A DNA stretch of 64,000 nt. Origin: Tetramitus jugosus (taxonomy: Eukaryota > Protista > Heterolobosea). Of the stretch, positions 9,850 through 21,641 are shown one piece after another. Numbering within the stretch: the stretch's first letter is position 1; the number at the start of each line of letters is the position of its first letter. Location: assembly GCA_937625935.1 (NCBI GenBank), contig OW569345.1:186001-250000 (forward strand). The letters run 5' to 3'. The notes beneath the pieces were generated by a model. The model saw only the letters and a program-made list of their open reading frames with translations, was not told the origin of the DNA and made no database searches. Position numbers and translations under genes: made by a program.

Positions 9850-10263
9850 TGGGTGGATGTGTTTGCTGATCACGTTCGTTGCTCTTCGTGTAATCGACCT
9901 TTCGAAGATTACGTGTCGCAACCAGATCTGTGTGTGAGTCCTAACAACTCCGCCTTTCGTACTTTAGCGAAAGCCAGTCAGTGTATTGGACAGGAATACA
10001 AGAAGAAGACCATCGCGTGCGATTCAAACTGGCTTAGAACCATTGTTGTTTCTTCACTACCTGAAGATTATGCTTATTAGCCACCTGTGACAACTTGAGC
10101 ACTTCTAAGAGGTGTCAAATTTTCGTGAATGTTATCCCATCCTTGGTGGTGTGATGTTGGTCGGTCTAATGAGTTGTTGATACTGTTTTTGGGAAACTAA
10201 AAGCTCATCTGAAAAATCACGCGCCCACACAAACACGAACAACAACAACAAAAAACAACAAAA

Positions 10264-10872
10264 ATGGCCAAAGCAAACGAGAAGAAAAAGAATGTTCAGA
10301 ATCAAAAGATTTTGAACAATCACTTGATGATCTCACTTGGCATTTACGTTCTCTATGCCCTCTATCGTTTGATTTACCACTATTCTTCCCTGTCCAAGAC
10401 TGTCATGACACTGTTTGTCATGTCTACACTTGTTTTTGCCTATTCACTGAAATCCATTAAGAACAGTGCGGCTCCATTGATTGACGACAGAGGAAACATG
10501 ACTGTTCTCACTGATTTAACAAAAGTGAGTGGATCTCTGATGGAGTACCTGTTTGATATTGTTTATGTGCAATGGATTGTGTTGGTGTTGGGAATGTGGA
10601 GTGATAAGGTGTGGTGGTTGTGGGCCATTGTTCCACTGTTTGCAGTGTACAAGGTGTTGAGTTTTGTGTTGCCATTCTTGAGAGGTACAGGCGGTATTCC
10701 GGGAATGCCAGGTATGCCTACTCCTGGTATGATGATGAACAGAGGTAGCGGTGGTGGTGGTGCCAATGATGACAGTGATGACGATGGAGACGCAGCAGAC
10801 AAGAAGCGCTTGGACAAGAGACAGCGCAAGGAAGAAATGCAACAAAAGAGAATGAAGAATGTACGAATGTAA
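10264..10872 (+). CDS. TMEM208: TMEM208/SND2 (SRP-independent ER targeting)
   Basis: MAKANEKK...N start, TM helices, DL...G.LMEYLFDIVYV, WWLWAIVP.FAVYK, and a basic KRQRKEE C-terminus. Confidence 0.88.
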   Translation: MAKANEKKKNVQNQKILNNHLMISLGIYVLYALYRLIYHYSSLSKTVMTLFVMSTLVFAYSLKSIKNSAAPLIDDRGNMTVLTDLTKVSGSLMEYLFDIVYVQWIVLVLGMWSDKVWWLWAIVPLFAVYKVLSFVLPFLRGTGGIPGMPGMPTPGMMMNRGSGGGGANDDSDDDGDAADKKRLDKRQRKEEMQQKRMKNVRM

Positions 10873-10936
10873 AACTGTGTGGACCTCACAGAGCAATCTT
10901 GCATATCATCAATCTATTAATCAACAAATAAAATAT

Positions 10937-13021
10937 TCAGTCAAAACTGCTGTTTGTGTTTATTCCGCTTGGAGAATTGGGTTCTAGTCCATACAGGACG
11001 GAAGATGAGAGTGACCCAGGGACGCTCGACACTCCGGAATGGCCACTGTTACTGCTGGTGCTGCTACTGGATGTGGAGAAGAAAATGTTGGTAATCTTGT
11101 GTACTTGATCATTGATCTCGACCAGAGAGTAGTTCTTTTGATCAAATACGAGGTAGAACTCTCGCTGTCCAAAGTACTTTCCAACGACCCATGAATCCTT
11201 TTTCACCTTGACAATGCATTCACTCAGATTGTTATGATTCTCGCTCGTAATAAACATGCGATGCATATCGGCGACGACATTCCACTCGTGCATGAGCTTT
11301 GGATTGTTGTACACACCCGAACTCTTGACAGCCAGATTACTGTGATTGAAATAAACGTACTTGTATGTTTCATCAAATGTTCCCACTTTGCTTAGAATCG
11401 ATGGACCGCTGGACACATCGGCACTTGCATTTGCAAACGCTATAGACAATCTCTTGAACTCCCTGTCGAGCAATGCCTTCAAACTAAAGTAGAATTCGAT
11501 ATCACCGAGTGCTCTTGGTCGAACGAGCAACGCAATATGAAACTTACCGAACCGATAAACAATCAAATGAAACTTTGCAATCTTGTCATGCAATTTCAGG
11601 TACAATCGAGGTGCAGAGAACCGTGGTTGCTCATTGCTGTTCAGTGTTACTCCACTTGCATTTCCAGTGTACGTCTTTGAGAAATCAAGGTTCGTCGGTC
11701 CAGTAATAAACAATCCCTGATGATGAGAATGACTGCTTGACGATTGAGAACTACTACTGCTATTCGCATTCAACAATTTGATTCGCTCGTTAATTACTGT
11801 TGGCAGATATTTGGCAATGGTTTTCGCATGAGTGTGACTCAATCCATTACCTGTGAACGTTAAGAAACTTTCATAAAAGATGAGCGCCGCCTGAATCACC
11901 TTTTCTCTCTTTGCGTGCTCATTCTCATGATGGTACGAACTGATTTGTAATTGTCTCAGTTGATTCATTTGTTGTTGTACATGGGTCGATGGCGATAATT
12001 TTTGTTCTTCTTCATCTTCGTCGTCTTCGTCTCCTTCATCCGATTGTCCACTTCTGATGCCTCCACTCACTGCACCAACTAACTCATCATTATCATTATT
12101 GTCCTTCCTATTATCGCCATCACCATTTTCACCATCATTTCCATCTCTCTTCTTGTCAGCAATCAGTGAAGCAGCAGCACCATCCATTGTCATCAAATCA
12201 TTCTCAACAATAGGAAAATTAAACGAATGCATTGCACAGTTCATCAACGATTGCAAATGCAAGAAAAAGGTGCTCTGAACAGGCAAGAATCGAATTCCGT
12301 CCAACGCATAAAACAATGACAGCGGAACATACTGAGGCAACATTGTCTGTTGCTCCGTAATAACCTGTGCACTACCACTTGTCGTCGTGGTCGACGTACT
12401 ATGGTTCATCATTGGAAATTTGAGTGGCCATGCCTCACTTGACGTGTATCGCAACAAGAACAAGTCCAGCGTGTGTCTCAACACATCTGGTTTCCCCTCG
12501 TTTTGTTGAACAATTTCTTCCATGGGACCGTGGAACAATGCAAACGTATCATACACTGAAATCAACAATTTCTTGAGCAGCATGTACATTGGTGTTTGAT
12601 ACTCGTGATTCAACGTGTTCTTGCACTTGACACACAGTACCATGTGATAACCGGGTTCAGGCTCATAGAATGTTCGAATAAACAAATCACTAATCATACA
12701 GTGCAGTCCGTCATCTGCCACTTTTTCAATCAACAAGGAAGAATCTTGATTCTTGTTATTGTTACTATTATTGTTATTATTATTATTGTTACTATTATTA
12801 TTGTTGCTATTATGAGAGGGTCGAAAATTGGTCAAAAAATTGGCAGTGGCCTCAGCAAGACCCACCATGAGCATCTTGTCATTGTGTGAGCGAGTCTGAG
12901 GCAAAAAGCTCAAGAGTTTAAAGTGATCTTCTTCTTCTTTTTTTCCCATGAATTTACTGTTGAAGACATAGATGGAATCCATGCAAAAGAGAGGAAGCAT
13001 CGACGATGGATCACTGCTCAT
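10937..13021 (-). CDS. CCZ1: Vacuolar fusion protein CCZ1 (Mon1-Ccz1 Rab7 GEF subunit)
   Basis: VFNSKFMGKKEEEDHFKLLSF.P, VGLAEA..NF..NF, EPEPGYHMVL, YDTFALFHG, GIRFLPV, YKYVYFNHSNLA, WVVGK...REFYLV. Confidence 0.88.
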   Translation of the reverse strand: MSSDPSSMLPLFCMDSIYVFNSKFMGKKEEEDHFKLLSFLPQTRSHNDKMLMVGLAEATANFLTNFRPSHNSNNNNSNNNNNNNNSNNNKNQDSSLLIEKVADDGLHCMISDLFIRTFYEPEPGYHMVLCVKCKNTLNHEYQTPMYMLLKKLLISVYDTFALFHGPMEEIVQQNEGKPDVLRHTLDLFLLRYTSSEAWPLKFPMMNHSTSTTTTSGSAQVITEQQTMLPQYVPLSLFYALDGIRFLPVQSTFFLHLQSLMNCAMHSFNFPIVENDLMTMDGAAASLIADKKRDGNDGENGDGDNRKDNNDNDELVGAVSGGIRSGQSDEGDEDDEDEEEQKLSPSTHVQQQMNQLRQLQISSYHHENEHAKREKVIQAALIFYESFLTFTGNGLSHTHAKTIAKYLPTVINERIKLLNANSSSSSQSSSSHSHHQGLFITGPTNLDFSKTYTGNASGVTLNSNEQPRFSAPRLYLKLHDKIAKFHLIVYRFGKFHIALLVRPRALGDIEFYFSLKALLDREFKRLSIAFANASADVSSGPSILSKVGTFDETYKYVYFNHSNLAVKSSGVYNNPKLMHEWNVVADMHRMFITSENHNNLSECIVKVKKDSWVVGKYFGQREFYLVFDQKNYSLVEINDQVHKITNIFFSTSSSSTSSNSGHSGVSSVPGSLSSSVLYGLEPNSPSGINTNSSFD
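12762..12811. repeat. (AAT/AAC)n trinucleotide tract encoding poly-Asn in CCZ1
   Basis: TTA/TTG runs on the + strand; similar poly-Q/S/N tracts occur in ATG11-like, AFG3L2-like and PIG-U. Confidence 0.8.
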
Positions 13022-13164
13022 TGTTTGATTGAAATGATTGTAATATTGTTGTTGTTGTTGTTGTGCAATGCACTTGGAGTCAATTGATTTGTGTTGTTTT
13101 TTTTTGTTGGCCAAGTTGTAAGATGATGCTGTGTGTTTTTATCGTGAGTGAAAAAAGACCTTTT

Positions 13165-16052
13165 TCAAGGGTTGCGCTTTACTTGAATGGACAATTGAGT
13201 CATGAAATCTTCGAGGTTGACTGGTGACAGGTTCTTGGATGAGTCGATCTGTGAGATGATACTGTGAAGTGTTTTGCGATTCATGGTGTCATTGGATTTG
13301 TCTAATAGGACCTCGGATGCCGACTTGATCGTATTGGCATACTGATTCAGTGTTTCCTTGAGTTTGTGACTCTCACGGATGGCTTCTTCGCATCTCTGAG
13401 CCGTCTCGTGTCTCAATCTTTCCTTGATATCTACAGTGAGTTTTAACTCTTCGTTTTCGCTCTTGAGTTTCTGAATCATATCCAAAAGCTCTTGCTGCGA
13501 GTTCTTGTTGGTGTCAGTGGCAGTGGGAGTAGGTGCATGAGTCACCAGTGGAGCTGATGATGATAGCTGTGATTCGAGCATTGCCATCTCTCGAGTCATT
13601 CTATCAATCTTCTCATCCCGTTCCGATAGCTCCTTGCGATACTGTGACATTCTTTGATAGTTCTCTGATGACAAGTATCCACTGCTACCTAGTCTAGGTG
13701 AGGTGGAAGGGGAGGGAACAGGTGAGTCACTCTCACTTCTCACAGATGAAGATCGAGAGTGGAACATGGCAGCACCAGTCTTATTGTTCGCACTATGGTA
13801 GCTAGAGATTTGGAACGAGGTATCATCTGCTTCGTTCAGTGAGAACTCCATCTGATGAAACATTTGCTTGTCATCCAGAGTTGTCTCATACATTTTGAGG
13901 ATGCCCTGTCCCAATGAATGACCACACAAACTCTGTATCGATTCCAGATCAACATTCTGAATCTCGTGTGGATTGTCAATGCTAGGCAGATTGGTGTCCA
14001 TTAGAGAGCCATGGTTAAAACTGTGGGTCATTTGACTACCTGGCACCTTCTCCTGCAGTCCAGGTATGACATTTGGTGGCAAGAATCGAGAAAAATACTT
14101 ATCAAAATGAGCTCGATTCGTTGCTTCTTCCTCTCGCAGTGCCTGCAATCGATCAGTGTACTTGGTTGCCTCTGATGCGAGCTTACGCAAAAAGTTTCTC
14201 CTTCTCAACACTTCAACCAGTGACAAGGAGTATGCGCCTGGAAAATAATGAACAAGCTCAATGTGGGCAAACTTTCCAACAATACTTCTCAATATAGAAG
14301 CATAAACAGGCATCTTCCGTGATAAGCGCTTAATATTGTATTGAATCAATGAAATGTTTCGCAGTCGATCAAAAAGATCTCGGCTCAACACTACCTTGGA
14401 CTCCATGCAATCGTTCAAAATAATCTCAAGAAGTTGATCAAACTCCCTCATCTTCCGCACATTCTTCTCGTGCACTTCAACAGTCGAAGTGAGTGTAGAG
14501 CTATTGTGAGTTGTTTTCTGCTTCATAATCATATCAATCAAAATATTGTAGTCGGTACTAATAGTCTCTACAGTAATTTTCTCGTTTTGAACGGTGATTG
14601 CAGCTTGTTTCAAAAATTCTGATAATTGCCTAAAACTGTTGTCATCATTCAATTGAGTGTGATTTGTTAATGTCGTTTTGTTCATGTAATATGAATGACA
14701 CTCAAACAAACAAAGTACATACTTGACAATGGGGCTGTTCATGTTCTCTCGCTCAACTGATTTTTCAATCGTGCTCATAAGGTCGATTCCCTGTTGTAAC
14801 TTGTCACCGAACATTTCCAATTCTCTTTGACACTTTGGTACCCATTGCCTCAACTGTTTCTCAGGAACACAGTCCAATAATGTCTGTTTGCTTGGTGTCT
14901 TGAGCTTTGGATGAAGCTCAATTGTGGATAACCGAGTCATGTCACTATCGAACGACGATATCAATTTTTGAAAGCGTTGTTCATGCTTTTGAAACTTTGA
15001 CAGGAATCCCTTGAATGATGCCAAAATGTTGCTATTTTCATCACCAAAAGAAGAGTCAGCTAATCAGAATCCTCACATCAAACACAACTTTACATGACAA
15101 GAAAACAAATGATGCAACACAATAATACAGCAGTAAAGAATACATACTTTGCATGACCATTGAGATTCGCATAGGAACAAGTAATTGCCATTGCTTGATT
15201 CCTCTGTTCTTGAACCAATCGATTCAAAGCTTCAAACTTTAATTTTCCATTGGAGAGAGCGTGTTCTGCCTTCTTCAACAAGATGTGAATACTTCTCGTA
15301 CAGGACAATAACAACTGATGTTGCATTTGATGATCAGTCCTTGCACTTCCATCGTCATTCATTGTTGAACTACTACTATTGTTCTGATTGTTGTATTGTA
15401 ACAAAATGGGTGGGATTGGAATTTGTGATTCTTCCAAATCAGGCACAGCAAACAAGGATCGAATTGGTTCCATTGACGCTAAGAATTGATCATCCTCAAG
15501 TCGTTGTTGTTGTTGTTGTTGATTATTATTGGTGTTATTTACATCTGCATTTACATGTTGTTGTTGTTGTTCATTCATTTGTAGAAAAGTGGCTCTGTCG
15601 AACACAAAAATTTGCAATCCTTCTTCGATTGATGGTGATGGTGAAGAAGTAGCAGAGGAAGAGGAGGATGGTGAAGAGGATAATGGTGAAGGTGAACGAG
15701 ACTGTGATGGTGAGGATGATGATGATGATGATGGTGGCATGACGATGAGTGATGATGAAATTTGAGGGTAAATTGTTTGTTCGTCCTCCAATTTCATTCC
15801 ACTCATGCTCAACAAGATTTGATTCTGTAACGAAATGTTGCACATGTGTGCAATCCATTGCTTCAACCAAAATACAGTCATTGGTTTCATGTTGTTATTG
15901 TCAGAGATGGACGATGATGATGATGATGATGATGATTGTTGTTCATATTGTTGTTGATAGTGCTGTATGATGACATCAGAGTCTAATTGGTCGCCAGAAT
16001 GAGCGATATACACCCTAAACGTATGTTGTTGCTGTTGCTTGTGTTGTTTCAT
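13165..16052 (-). CDS. ATG11/FIP200 (RB1CC1)-like autophagy scaffold
   Basis: N-terminal ubiquitin-like region (FRVYIAHSG...QILL...G.KL...IFVFDR), then Y...LVEVLRRR.F, E...R..F.......LP...PGL and a coiled coil. Introns at 15032-15147 and 14636-14722. Confidence 0.8.
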
Positions 16053-16840
16053 CTTGGTTGATTGTTGATTGTTGTTGTTGAAATTTTTTTTTCTCGCGTA
16101 TTTTTGATTTGGATTCGTTGTCGCTGCTGCTGAACGAACGAACACTGTCTAGGTTGGTTTTGTTGGATGTTGTTTGATTGTTGTGTGTATTTGGTTCTCT
16201 CACTATAGCTATCGGTATCTCTGCTACTATACTACTCTCAACAAAAAGTATTCAATATATTGTTGTTGTATTGTGAGTGCGAGAGTAAAAGAGGAGGTGT
16301 GTTGTTGGTGTTTTTTAGCTTTGAACAGCTGCTTTTAGTTTTTGTTTTGGCAAAGCTTTTGGGGGAACACCTTTTTTGGAGCGTGGCCAAGGTATGCGTT
16401 GAACTAGAGCTTTTTTGCAATCCTGGCTTCAGGTTTGCAGACAGTATGTATTGAAGTTACTTTGTGATTGTTGTTGTCTGTTTGTTATTGTGATTTCAAG
16501 CCAAAGGAATAATAGGATAAACCTTGAGGTTGAGTTTGTTTGAAGGCCTGATATCTGGCCAAGTATGGATCTGTAAAGACGTGAGTTGATGGAACTGTCA
16601 ACGAACAGATTTTTGTGTTCTACGCGGTGCTCACTTATTTGAAGTTTGTTTGCCTGTGCCAAAAAACGTAGAGACAAGAATCACCAGGTGTCAGAAACAA
16701 AACACAACAAGAAGATTAGAGTTTTGGAATGAGTTTGTTTGTCTTCCAGATGGAGATTGCATTCTCCGTTTGATGATATTTCCTATAGACATTCCCAGAA
16801 CGCGGAAAAGACTTATTGGCCGCACTCAACTTCAATATTT

Positions 16841-18127
16841 TTAGAGCGAAGACGCAGGAGATTTTTGCCTCTCCGAGTTTTGGGTCACAGAGGGTGACAG
16901 TTCTTCATGAAACAGCACGAATTTTCCAACTTGTTCACTGTTGGTTTGTCGTAACTGCATTTGTTCGTTCCTTGTTGACCTGTTGAGACGATTGATGTCG
17001 GCTCGTAATTGCTCAATATGGTCCGTGGAAGAGATGGAGGAAACGGAGGGAGAATTAGTTGAGACAGATGAGGCGATAGGCTCTTCTGCAGTGACCTGAC
17101 AGCTCGGTTTTTCGAGCTCCAATTCCCGTACGATATCACTCAATTGATTCTTCACACTGTTGTAAAATATTTCATCGGTGCAATGCTCTACCACCGTCAC
17201 AGGTTTCAAGTATTGAAGTTCATGAGCATGTCTTGTCTCCCTATTTTCGTTGATTAGTGTATGCAGAACGGTTTCTCGCTTTAATCCTCGCTTGGTTTCT
17301 CGACGCAATTGCCGCCTCAGAACTCCAGTCTCTCGTTTCAACTGACCAACCATTTCTCTCTTCTCACTAAAATACAATTGAGTTTGATTGTTCCATATTT
17401 TCTTGTTGCTCAAGTCAACTTTGAGCTTGGTGTTCTCCTCTGTTAGATCTTGAATAATCTGGCTTTGTTGCTTGCATAAATCAGTTTTCTCGACAAGTTT
17501 CCTCCTGGATTCCCGTACATCCTTGTGAAGAAATGTGTTGTCCTTTTCGAGTGATTTGAGCTGTGCCATCAGTGTATCCTTGTCTGTACAATCCAATGTC
17601 TCCTGTAGTTTGCTCTTCATGCTTGTTAACTCAGCTCGCACCTCCTTCAATTGATTTCTCAGAATTATATTCTTCTTTTCAAGCAAATTCTTTTGTCTCT
17701 GGTTATGCTTTAGTTGAGGCAACCAGTGAGTGTCTCTTTGAATCGTTAAATCTGCGACTTGATCCTCTAACTTCTCCAGGTATCCTTCCTCCTTTTCTAA
17801 TAGTTTTTCGTGTTGTCGTGCAATCTTTTTATCTTTTGCATCCATCATCATCTTCTGTTGTTGAATTTCCTCCTTCAATTGAACATTCTGAGACTCTAGC
17901 GTCAAGCAATATTCATCTACTCGCTTCTTGTCTTGTTGAAGAACATAGAATGCTCTTGCCAACTTTTTTAATTGTCCTGACTTCTTCTGGATCTCTTGTT
18001 CAGATTCTACAGTACGGATCGTGTAGTGAGACTTGTACTCTACCGGATATGCTTCAGTACCCGCAACATGAGAGTAGTTGGTCGGATATGAGCTCGAATT
18101 TGAATTCATAAGATTCTGGCTTGTCAT
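16841..18127 (-). CDS. Uncharacterised coiled-coil protein
   Basis: Long K/E/L/Q-rich heptad ORF; no family recognised. A further 3' exon near 16430-16653 is possible. Confidence 0.7.
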   Translation of the reverse strand: MTSQNLMNSNSSSYPTNYSHVAGTEAYPVEYKSHYTIRTVESEQEIQKKSGQLKKLARAFYVLQQDKKRVDEYCLTLESQNVQLKEEIQQQKMMMDAKDKKIARQHEKLLEKEEGYLEKLEDQVADLTIQRDTHWLPQLKHNQRQKNLLEKKNIILRNQLKEVRAELTSMKSKLQETLDCTDKDTLMAQLKSLEKDNTFLHKDVRESRRKLVEKTDLCKQQSQIIQDLTEENTKLKVDLSNKKIWNNQTQLYFSEKREMVGQLKRETGVLRRQLRRETKRGLKRETVLHTLINENRETRHAHELQYLKPVTVVEHCTDEIFYNSVKNQLSDIVRELELEKPSCQVTAEEPIASSVSTNSPSVSSISSTDHIEQLRADINRLNRSTRNEQMQLRQTNSEQVGKFVLFHEELSPSVTQNSERQKSPASSL

Positions 18128-18228
18128 TTCTTCCTTTCTGTTCACTTCTTATCTAACGACCACTTGGATGCCCACTTTTTGGCGCTTCTGTAGAAATAGC
18201 GCTTTATTTTGGCGCGTGAATTTTGGAT

Positions 18229-19833
18229 TCATTCAGAATTGGTGTTTCGAGCTCTTTTACGCCTTCTTCGCACAATGGTGCATTCTTCGTCGTCTGACTC
18301 AGCATAACTCTTACGCTTTGTTCGTTTGCTCGATGGAGTATCGATCTCTGAAATCTCTTGTGTGATCTCTTCATCACTCTCAACATTATCCTCCTCCTCT
18401 TCGGATTTGACCTCTTTTCTTGACCTTTTCTTCTCCTTTGTTTCTGAAAAGAGTTGCTGTTGCAGCTCTTTGGGCAGTTGTTTTTTGAATGATTGTGTTT
18501 GACAACCATACAATATCATCTGGGCCCATCCAGCATTACTACCAAATATGGACACAAACATTTTCATGTACTCCTTCATCTTTGATGCGTTGATTGCCTT
18601 TGACGGAGAAGAGCTTAACAACTTGAGTAATGACTTGTTGCTGGGCTCTTCCTTTGCTTTCACTGCCAAGATTGAGCAATAATGAAGGCGAACAAGTCTC
18701 AGTATATGCACATCTGTTGGAACTAAATCATTGCAGTCCATTGAGTACAGTGCAGTACATGAGGCTACCTTGACTCCTACACCTTGGAACTCAGTCAATA
18801 AATCCACTACATCAAAGCTGTCGAGTTCATTCAAATTTCTGCGCTTTCTCAAATTTAGCAAGTAGTCACTCTCCTTCTCGCGGAGCATTTGTACTGTTTT
18901 TACAATGTACTTCGCACGATATCCAAAACCCAGCTCTCTCAAATCCTTCTCAGTGGCCCGACTTAACTGCTCCAATGTTGGAAAGGAATAGAATGAAAAG
19001 TCCGTATTTTCGTGTTTTGTAGTATCATCAGCCTCACTCTCATCACTCTTGACCACTTCGTCTTCTGGAGAAAAGTCCAAAGTACCAACAGATGCCCCAA
19101 AATGTTGACACAAATTGCGTACCATGAGAGTAATGCGCGACACATTATTGTTTGAAGAACAAATGAATGAGATGAGGCATTCAAATGGATCTAGTCTCAC
19201 CACTCTCAACCCAGGAAAATAGTGATACACTTTTGCATATACTGACGAATCACACTTTGCAAACCACTTGTGCAACTGTCCTAACTCGACACCATCAACA
19301 CTAACCCCTTCATTGCTCACATTTTTGTCCTCAATCGCTTCATTTTCCTCCTGTTTCACGATGGAAGTCTCATCAACAACAACTATATCCACTGTTTTCA
19401 ACAAATCTGATTGAGATGCCTGCGAAGTGGAAGAAGATGCATCAGAAGATGAAAATGCAGGTCTCAAATGAAAATAATACCGAATATCTTTCTCTGCCTG
19501 ATCCAACTCCTCCTCTGTTATTATTGCCATTTCATTCTTCTCCTCCTTTTTCGTTAATACTTTCAAGATTCTAAAATTGATATCATTTTCCTCTTCTTTC
19601 AATTCAATGACATGTCTCTTATTCACCATTCCTACAAACCGAGCTCTGGACGCATTGTTCTTTTGCTCCTGTGTGGATGTTGACGACTCCGAAGTAACAG
19701 GAGAAGCTTTTGTTGGAATGGAGCGCCAGGAGAACACTTGACCACAAGTCAGCGTGTTTTCAAGCCGAAGTTCACAAGCAGGTACTCCCAAGGATCGATA
19801 CATGCTGCGGCATGCTGCTTTCACACTCTTCAT
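18229..19833 (-). CDS. OGG1: 8-oxoguanine DNA glycosylase/AP lyase
   Basis: ELRLENTLTCGQVFSW, DPFECLISFICSSNNNVSRI, FPTLEQL, LGFGYRAKYI, HhH motif GVGVKVASC (catalytic Lys), VPTDVH (catalytic Asp), AGWAQ. Confidence 0.93.
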   Translation of the reverse strand: MKSVKAACRSMYRSLGVPACELRLENTLTCGQVFSWRSIPTKASPVTSESSTSTQEQKNNASRARFVGMVNKRHVIELKEEENDINFRILKVLTKKEEKNEMAIITEEELDQAEKDIRYYFHLRPAFSSSDASSSTSQASQSDLLKTVDIVVVDETSIVKQEENEAIEDKNVSNEGVSVDGVELGQLHKWFAKCDSSVYAKVYHYFPGLRVVRLDPFECLISFICSSNNNVSRITLMVRNLCQHFGASVGTLDFSPEDEVVKSDESEADDTTKHENTDFSFYSFPTLEQLSRATEKDLRELGFGYRAKYIVKTVQMLREKESDYLLNLRKRRNLNELDSFDVVDLLTEFQGVGVKVASCTALYSMDCNDLVPTDVHILRLVRLHYCSILAVKAKEEPSNKSLLKLLSSSPSKAINASKMKEYMKMFVSIFGSNAGWAQMILYGCQTQSFKKQLPKELQQQLFSETKEKKRSRKEVKSEEEEDNVESDEEITQEISEIDTPSSKRTKRKSYAESDDEECTIVRRRRKRARNTNSE

Positions 19834-20155
19834 ATCTGCTCTTTTTGATTCACTTTCTTGAACATGTTTGTTTGAAGTTTCAACAACAAAAAAGGTTGAT
19901 TGCCGTAAATAGATTGATTTCCCCCTAGAAACGGGAATTCTCTGACGTCAAGTTTCGTCCAGCTGGGAGTTTCGATTGGGTGGTGCTGGTACTTGTTGCC
20001 AACACCAATTTTGATCGTTCTGATTTCATTTACTCTCTGAGAAAACCAATCATTGATATTTTTACTTTACATCGATTGTTGTTGTTCCTATTCTTCCATT
20101 TGTTTGAACCAAGCAGACGTACGAAAACGAAAAATCATCATTGACCGAATCGGAC

Positions 20156-21345
20156 ATGAACACTCTGAAAAATTGGTTTTCGGGTAGCAACCCCACTGTT
20201 GTAGATGGAACGCAAACATTGAACAAGCGAAGCAAAAGTGCGACCAATCTTTTGCTTGAGCAACAACGACAAGAACAGATGAATGAAATGGAGGATGTGC
20301 CGCCAAAGACGACAATGATGACAAAGTGTGATCCTGTTCCTCTTGAGTTGCACTATCGGTGGTGGTTACCATCACCAACAACTACCGCGCACAATACTCA
20401 TCACAAAGTGAGAGCTATTGTTCTCATTATTCATGGTTATGGAGAGCATGTGGGTGTGTATGAAGAACTAGGAACGACATTAAATAGAGAAAATATAGCT
20501 AGTATGTTGTTGTTGTTGTTTATAGTTGCTAGCAGTAGCTATGCTATTTGGCACAGATGATGATTGTCATTGTGTTTATATATGTAAATGAAATTGGATA
20601 ACTTACAAAAATTCATTCATTTTGTGTTGCTTTGCTGTACATGGATTCATTAGTGTTCGGGTTTGATTTGAGAGGATTCGGTCAATCTCAGGGAACAAGG
20701 CGGCAATTGGATAATTTTGATCAGTACTTTAGTGATATCGAGTGTGCAATCGATCAAATTCATTTACAATTCCCTCAGAATGAACATCCTGACCTAAAGT
20801 TGTTTTTGTGGGGAATGGGAGCAGGAGGCATTGTGGTTACAAGTTTTGCAATCAAAGGCAATGAACCATACCGGAGCAGAGTCAATGGTGTGATACTGGT
20901 GGGTCCAGGTTTCGAGCTAGGTGACAACATGAAGAGTCCACTCAAGGTTACACTCTTGGACGGAATTGCATATTTTTTGCCATGGATCTCTGTTCAACAC
21001 CTTGACAAGAACAACATATCGAGTGACCCTGCGTACACGGAACGATTGGATAAGGATCAGTGGATCGATTTGGGTGGAATGCCAGCATGGTACGCCTCAG
21101 TGTTTGTGAGTGAGCAGAGATGGTTGCGTGACAACATCTCTTCATTCAATGTGCCTGTTCTACTACAACATGGTGAGTGTGACTTGTTGGCTGATCCCAG
21201 CGGCAGCAAATGGATGATTGAGAAGTGCTCATCGGAAGATAAGACCCTAAAACTCTATATGAACATGTATCACAATCTCTATCACGAGTTCAGTAGTGAG
21301 CACGTGACCGATGATTTGTTGAAATGGCTTAGGAGGCGCTGGTGA
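20156..21345 (+). CDS. Monoacylglycerol lipase/lysophospholipase-like alpha/beta hydrolase lacking the nucleophile Ser
   Basis: HGYGEH, FDLRGFGQS.G, P.LLQHG..D, YH.L.HE; intron 20502-20653 restores the frame. The nucleophile elbow reads GMGAGG. Confidence 0.85.
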
Positions 21346-21641
21346 CGCACACCCCCGAAAAATCGGACACCTCCCTTTTGTACAATAAGCTCTCTATTTA
21401 TTCCCTTCCAATAAAACGTGTGGCCACATCATGAGATCCGGTTGCATGGATTCCACAACAAGTCAAATGTCAATTCATTAATTTTAATCTCCGTGGATCT
21501 CGGCCGTGACACAAACGGATTCATTTTCCTCTGCATTTTAAAAAGAAGATCCAAAGGAAACCATCCCAAATCCAACAAACACCATCTAATAACAAGATTT
21601 TACATTACCCTGTTTAATCAAACTCATACCAACCTCGAATC

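Noticed and set aside
10937-16052. Adjacent autophagy-related genes CCZ1 and ATG11-like (TRAPPC8 also in the window) as a functional cluster
   Set aside because: Neighbours are otherwise functionally unrelated; there is no evidence of co-regulation without synteny data.
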